In this document: piece after piece, positions 57,641-64,000 of the stretch
How the letters are laid out: each line of letters starts with the position of its first letter
Position numbering within the stretch: position 1 is the first letter of the stretch
Assembly: GCF_009914755.1 (NCBI RefSeq)
Contig: NC_060938.1
DNA: 64,000 nt
Source: the human T2T-CHM13v2.0 reference genome, Homo sapiens
Reading direction: 5' to 3' (one strand)
Program-made: the position numbers and the translations under genes
The notes under the pieces: generated by a model
What the model saw: only the letters and a program-made list of their open reading frames with translations
The model's database searches: none
What the model was told of the DNA's origin: nothing

Positions 57641-59338
57641 AACAACAAAGAAGAAATTGTGAAGGGCCATGGTATAGGTTTATAATGTGGGATAATATGA
57701 GCCCTATAGATTTTGAAACCAGATAATGGTTATTTCATTTCAAGGTAAAGCCACAGATTGAGTAAAAAAAAAGACTCCTGGGAGTATAATTCCATTTTAG
57801 TAGGACAGAGACAATAAAGAAAAGATAAAATCCAGATCGAAAAGTAGAGGAAAACAGACACAAGGTTTTGAAGCATCTAAGACATGTGTTATTTTTTAAC
57901 ACTTCTCAAAATCAGTAGATGAGAGAACTCTACATCTGTGAAGTAAGTTAATCTACCCTGACCCCTCTATCTGTCTAAGAAGAAAGAAAATTAATCCCAC
58001 TTATACGTGACAGCACAAAATGATTACGCTTATGCTCTGTGTAATAATTTTTGCATTTGAATCTTATGCAACATTAAAAGGCAAAAAAATTCAGAATAAT
58101 AACACTTCTCCAGACAATAAAGTTATGCCCAATGTAAACACCCACAATAAAGATGATACTCTAATATTTCAAGTGAAAAAGAAAAAAATTAATTTATAGG
58201 ATAAATCAAAATTAGAAAAGCTCAGAAATTATGTGATTAGAATAAAAAAGATTTACAAAGGTAGCTGATAACATTTAGGAATGGATTAGAAATTTTTTAA
58301 TTATTTAAGAAATAAGACTAAAACTGGAAAAGAGAGCACAATAATAAAACATGATCACATATAAAAGCTTAAGGAAAGATATGAGAGAGAAAAATAAAAT
58401 GGAATGTTTAAAAATTAAAACAAAAACAAAAACAAAAGAGGAATCCAGTTTAGATCTAGAAAGTAAAAAGAGACAGTCATTCTCACCATAACAACCAAAA
58501 CAAACTGGATAATTTTAGAGCTGAGCACATGAAGATGCCCAGTGAACTAAATTTCAAAAAAGCGAGAAGTCCTTCACCAGAGAAAGTAAATTAATTTTGC
58601 TTTCATCCCTGCTGCAATTGCAAAAGGAGGAATCTTCCATAGACAGGGGATGAGGAAATGAGCCTCTCTTCTACTGAAATATCAATGACCACAAGACAGT
58701 CGAGAAAGAGCACCTAGGGATACATAGGGCATGCAGTAAGTTCAAGGTATCCACAATCTGCAAACACAGCAGATTGGAGTTGCCCTTAGGAGTTGATGCT
58801 TAAAGTAGGGCACGAGGACTGAGATCTCTTTTCCTTCCACTTTGAAAGTTCAGCAAATAAGATCTGGGAGACATCCAGATTGTCACAGAAGCTAGGGCTG
58901 CTACCCTGAGAAGGTCCAGGGGTGAGGCAACACTTCAAGATTGAAAGAGACACAGTAAACAGGATGGGCATGGAGAGCTACTGGAACTCTTCATGGAGAA
59001 AATAGCAAGATCTAGAGCAATCCTAGGTAGCACAGTGTCATTAATGAAGCACAGGCGCCTTTGCCAGCCAGCTTTTAGATTCTAGTCCCAGTTAAGAGGA
59101 AGGTCCTGATACACCCCTCAAATTATTTTAATGAAATCAACCAAATCTTCAGCACAAGTTGGTCAGACCTAGCTCCATTAGAAATGAAATCCGTTTGGCT
59201 TCTATTTTGTGGCATGGCACTAAAAAGTGTGTGCCCCATTCTGGAGGTAAATATTACTTACTTCAGTTTCTGTCTTCTTTTAGAGAAATGTCTGTCATGC
59301 AGTTAAAGATACTATGATTGCCAAAACCAGACAATATA

Positions 59339-59375
59339 TTAGGTTGGTGCAAAAGTAATTGCAGTTTTCGCCATT
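59339..59375 (+). mobile_element. Half MADE1 / solo Hsmar1 terminal inverted repeat
   Basis: TTAGGTTGGTGCAAAAGTAATTGCAGTTTTCGCCATT preceded by TA. Confidence 0.88.
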
Positions 59376-59379
59376 GTAC

Positions 59380-60650
59380 CTTTACTTAATGTGCATGTGG
59401 AACATTCATCTAAATAAATATCTGAATATTTTTTCGAGAAAATATAATTTAAGTGATTTCTCAAAAGAAAAACCCCAATAAATTCCAAAGTATAGAAATA
59501 ATAAAAATAGCATTCTCTGATTATAATAAAAAATCTAGAAATTAATTTCAAAAAATCAGAAGACAATGCCTTTTCATATTGAAACAATGTAATAAAAAGC
59601 ATAATATTAAATAATGCTGACTCAAAGGGAAAATATAAAGTGATTGTGGAGTTGAAAATAAGGCTGATAAAAATAGGCTACAAAAGATTTTGTGGCATAT
59701 GTCTAAAACAGTTGTGAGTAAAAAATCACAGTATTAAATAACTATATCAATAAAAATGAGACAAAATTAAATAAATTAACGATTTCTAAAACCTAGAAAA
59801 AGAATGATAAAGTAAATAAAAATAAAGATGATGGAAATATTAATAAAGATAGAAATAAATGAGTTAGAAAACTGATATGCACTAAAAGAGAAGTAATGCA
59901 TAAATGCTAAATCTAGTTTATTCATAAATTCTGTCACACTCTCCAAAGAAAAAATAAAATCTACATTAAATAAATAATTTTTTTGAAACACTTGCCAAAA
60001 CTAAGCTTAATATATAGAAAATATAAGCAGAATAATTATCCTAGAGGAAATAGAGAAAGTAGTTAAAGAGCCCCTTTCCAAAAAGCAGCAATCCCAATTT
60101 ACATCATCTAGGAATTTTACCAAGTTTTTAAAGATCAGGTAATTTTAATGCTTCATAAATTGTTTCAGAGCACTGAAAAAGAACAACCTCTAAATTTGAT
60201 TTATACTATGAATATAACATTCATTTTATACATTGCACAAAATTGCTAAATTACAAATATATTTTAGTTATAAATATTAATGCAAAATTTGTAAATATAA
60301 CACCAGCAAATAGAATCTAATAGCACATAAATAACAATACAAGATAAACAACCATAGTTAATTTCAGTAACGCAAGTATGGTTCAATGGTAGAAAGGCCA
60401 TAAATATGGCCATAAATTAGGCCATATAAAGAGATCATAAAAGAAAAATTTTATGATTACTCCAAAGATATAGAGAAGGCATTTGCCAAAATTCAGTACA
60501 CATCATGATAAAACTACACTCAAAAAAATAGTACCTAATGGACACATTATTAACACGATAAAGTATGTATCTTAATCAATAAACAGGCACTTTACTTAAA
60601 AGGAAAACACTACAGGCCTTCCCATTATGATCAAGAAAAGACATGGTTGT
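59380..60650 (+). mobile_element. Ancient L1M ORF2 fragment
   Basis: GGAATTTTACCAAGTTTTTAAAG, ATGCAAAA...CCAGCAAATAGAATC, GAGAAGGCATTTGCCAAAATTCA; degenerate ORF2 landmarks. Confidence 0.7.
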
Positions 60651-60979
60651 GTCATGGTGTCAAAGAGAAACAAAAAAGCAAATAACAAAATCAGAATACA
60701 AGACCCAAGCTTTAAGCTGGGAACTCAGGAGAGCTACACTCTAAGAGAATGAGAACCGGAAGTAGAGGAAGTCTGGTGAAAACCACAGACTGGGCTAGAG
60801 TCAGCTAAGGCTGTCACTGAATTTAGGTCACCTGCTGCCACTTTATACTCCTGGTAGAGGATATGGTGAAGTTTATAGAGAATTAATAGTATCTAGATAC
60901 TCTATATTTATTCTATCTATTGTTCTGCATTAGTTGTACACACATACACGTGCATACACACAAATGATCAGGTTGAAAA

Positions 60980-63900
60980 ACAAACAACAGAAACAGATCC
61001 ACAGGTATTTGAGTAATTATGGATATCAGTCATTGACTTTGAATTAACTTTGGTTAATATGTGCGAGGAAAGAGAGAAAAAAATAATTCACTGGAGAAAG
61101 GAAATCCTTAAAAAATGACATAGGAGATCTAGGATTAAAAATATAATAGTAATTTACAACTAAATAGGTGGGTTTAACAGAAGACAGGATACAATAGGAA
61201 AGAAAATTGGTTAAGGGAATGACAGGGGTATAGAAAACATGCAAGTGGATTCATGGACATTATAAAAGAATTCAGACAACAGAAAAGAGCATGAGAAACA
61301 CATCTGAAAAGTCCTGTTTACCTGGTGTCCCAGAAGAACAGAAAGAGAATGAGGCACAAGTAATATTAGAAGAGATGATGGCTGAGACTCTTCCAAAACT
61401 AATGTGTGACATTGGGCCAGTATGAAGAGGTGGAACAAGTAAAAATAAAACCTATGTATGTGTGCATAGGAACATCAAAATAAAATTTCTGTAAAGCAAT
61501 TATTAAGAGGAAAAAAGCACCTAGAGAGAAAAGATGTGTCCATACAAAAGTAATACTGAAGTGAGTTCTTCCGGTAAAGGAAAATGATCTTGGGAAGAAA
61601 CATGGAAAATCGGGAAGAAATGACAAAAAAAGATAATGAAAACAGGGAATATAATACTATTAAAGTGTAGAGTAACAGTATCACAGGAAATAAGATCGCA
61701 TAACACTCAAATAAAATCCCAGCAAGTTCTACACATAAAAAATAGAATGTGTGAAATTAAGGTTGAAGGCTGTGACAGCATAAACATTCAACAGCAAAAG
61801 AGCACAAAGGTGATAATAAAAGTAAAGTAAAACAGGTAGAAAATTTAAAATACAGTTTATAAGGTAGATATATAAAGACAAATATAGTAAACATTATATA
61901 TTAGTAAACTCAATAATACAATTAAAATTAAAACTGTCAGAGTAAAATAAAAATCATCGAAGAAAAAAATATTACCTACAAAGGATACCCCTTTCAGTGC
62001 CTCTCATAAGAAATGAGAGGATAATGAAAAAGCATTAACACACAAACAGTAACCTTTAAGAACTGGTACACATATATCACTGTCAAACAAAATAGACTTA
62101 AGGCAAGAGCCAATACTACAAAGTAAGAAAGATATCTATCTCATAATAAAATAAAGGTCATTTTTCCAGAAAGATATAAAAATTCTAAATGTGTGTGTCT
62201 CTAATTACACAGCATCACATATGTAAAGGAACAATTGATAAAGCTAAAAGACAAAGCTACAGAATTCACAGTCACAGTGGAATGGAAGACTAGTAAGCCC
62301 TTTAAATACTTGATAGACTAAGCAAAGTAAATCCTTATGAATATTGATCATTTGAATAACAATTAACTGATCAACATAATATACTAGACCAAGAAATGAC
62401 AGAATACACATTCTTTTGAAATTTACAGAACTGTTTATCAATATAGACAGTATGCTAGGACACAAAGCAAGTCCAAACAAGTTGTAAAGGACTAAAATAA
62501 TTTAAAATGTATTCAATGATCAGCGTGGAATTCAGTTAGAAAGCAATATCTAAAAAGAATAAATAAAAAATAATGTAATATTTGCTATTTTTAAGATAAG
62601 TCTGCAATTTAAAATAACCACAGGAAAATAACCACAATGGAAATTAAGAAGTGTTTTGACCTAAACTGTGATTTTAAAATGATATATCAAATTTGTGGGA
62701 TGATGCTAATGTCATGCTTAATGGAAAATCATAAGCCTTAAGTAAATATATAAGAAAAAAAAAAAAAGAAAAGCCGAAAAGAAACCACTGATTTGAGCTT
62801 CTAACTCAAGAAGCTAGACTATTAAAAAAAAATCTCAAATCCAATAGAAGGAAAAAACATAGGAAGATAAAGTAATTAAAAACAAATTACAATAGATTCT
62901 GTAAAACAAAAAAAAAAAACAAAATAAAGATCTTTGAAAATGACTAACAAAAATTTGGACTCTAAGTAAAGATAATTAAGAATCAAAGAGAGAAAACAAA
63001 AATTTCAAATTTCAAAAGGTAGACACATAGTTGTGAAAATAAGAAACATCACTGTAGACTTTAAAGGCATTAATTATGGGAGCATATTATGAGATTTTCT
63101 CTGATAATAAAATTTAATTTAGATGAAATAGACCTATTCATAAGAAAAAAAGTATGGCAGTTGACACAAAAAACTAAAAAAAAAAACCTATATCTATTTC
63201 AAAAATAAATTTGTAAATATAAATATTTCAACAAAGAAATATCTAGAACTACAATATTTTACCGTGAATTTTTCTAAAATTATTAGGAATAAAAATTATC
63301 TTAGAAAAATGTTTAAGATATTTTGAAAAGATGGGATACATTTGAACTCATTTTTTGAGGTGAACATACATTTGGTACAAAAATGTGACAAAGAAAAGAA
63401 AACAAAGTTACCGGTCAAGCTTTCTCAGAAAAATATATGCTCAAGAAATAACAAATTTAATGCAGTATTACATTACAAAAAATTATAATCACAGCTGAAT
63501 TGGGCTTATTTCTGTAATTAGGGATTGGTTTAACATTTAAAATAATAGTGTAAGTTAAGGATTAATAGAAAAATTAAATTCAAAGTTGATAATCTAAAAA
63601 GATGTTGAAAATAAAATTCAACACATGCTGAAATGAATCTTAGTAACAAACTAGAAATAAAAAGCTCTTTCCTATTAGAGAAAACATGAAAGTTATTATT
63701 CTTATGTGATACTAGTATTAATACCAATATTTTAATTGATATAATAAATTTAATCAATAATACAATATTAATTATGTAATATTTTTTGTAATCTATAAAT
63801 GAATCAAGAGTAAAGTTTACAGCAATTTATATTCAGTGCAGTAAAGAAGAGTAAAAAATGTTATCAATGGAAAGGAACAAACTAGACAGCAACTATTTGC

Positions 63901-64000
63901 ATATGACACATTTGCATATTCAGAAAATGTAAAATAATATACCCAACATATTAGAATTAATAAGTTTACAAAGTCCCTAGGTTCAAGGTAATATAAATAT
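60980..64000 (+). mobile_element. Ancient L1M ORF1-ORF2 fragment running off the window
   Basis: GAAGAGATGATGGCTGAGA (ORF1-like), CAGAATACACATTCTTTT and AATTTGTGGGATG (endonuclease region); strongly A-rich sense strand. Confidence 0.7.

Overview
AT-rich primate (most likely human) non-coding DNA, either intergenic or deep intronic. I find no host protein-coding gene, RNA gene, CRISPR array or CpG island. Much of the window is interspersed repeat: six Alus, three solo ERVL/MaLR LTRs with 5-bp target-site duplications (TSDs), MER20/MER5A/MER58/MADE1 DNA-transposon relics, MIR/L2 fragments and many L1s. The only real protein homology is L1 ORF2 in a ~4.25-kb L1PA3-like insertion with a twin-priming 5' inversion (29986-34240). 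The other ORFs are simple-repeat, Alu/LTR or short chance artefacts. I do not see a new biological system. The most unusual signals are three locally templated duplication scars of similar divergence (36.5-37.0 kb, 41.3-42.2 kb, 51.1 kb), a second much older inverted L1 with a nested L1, several non-B-DNA-prone tracts and one well-bounded candidate non-coding exon. Repeat subfamily names come from recalled consensus sequences, not a database search, and boundaries of old repeats are approximate.
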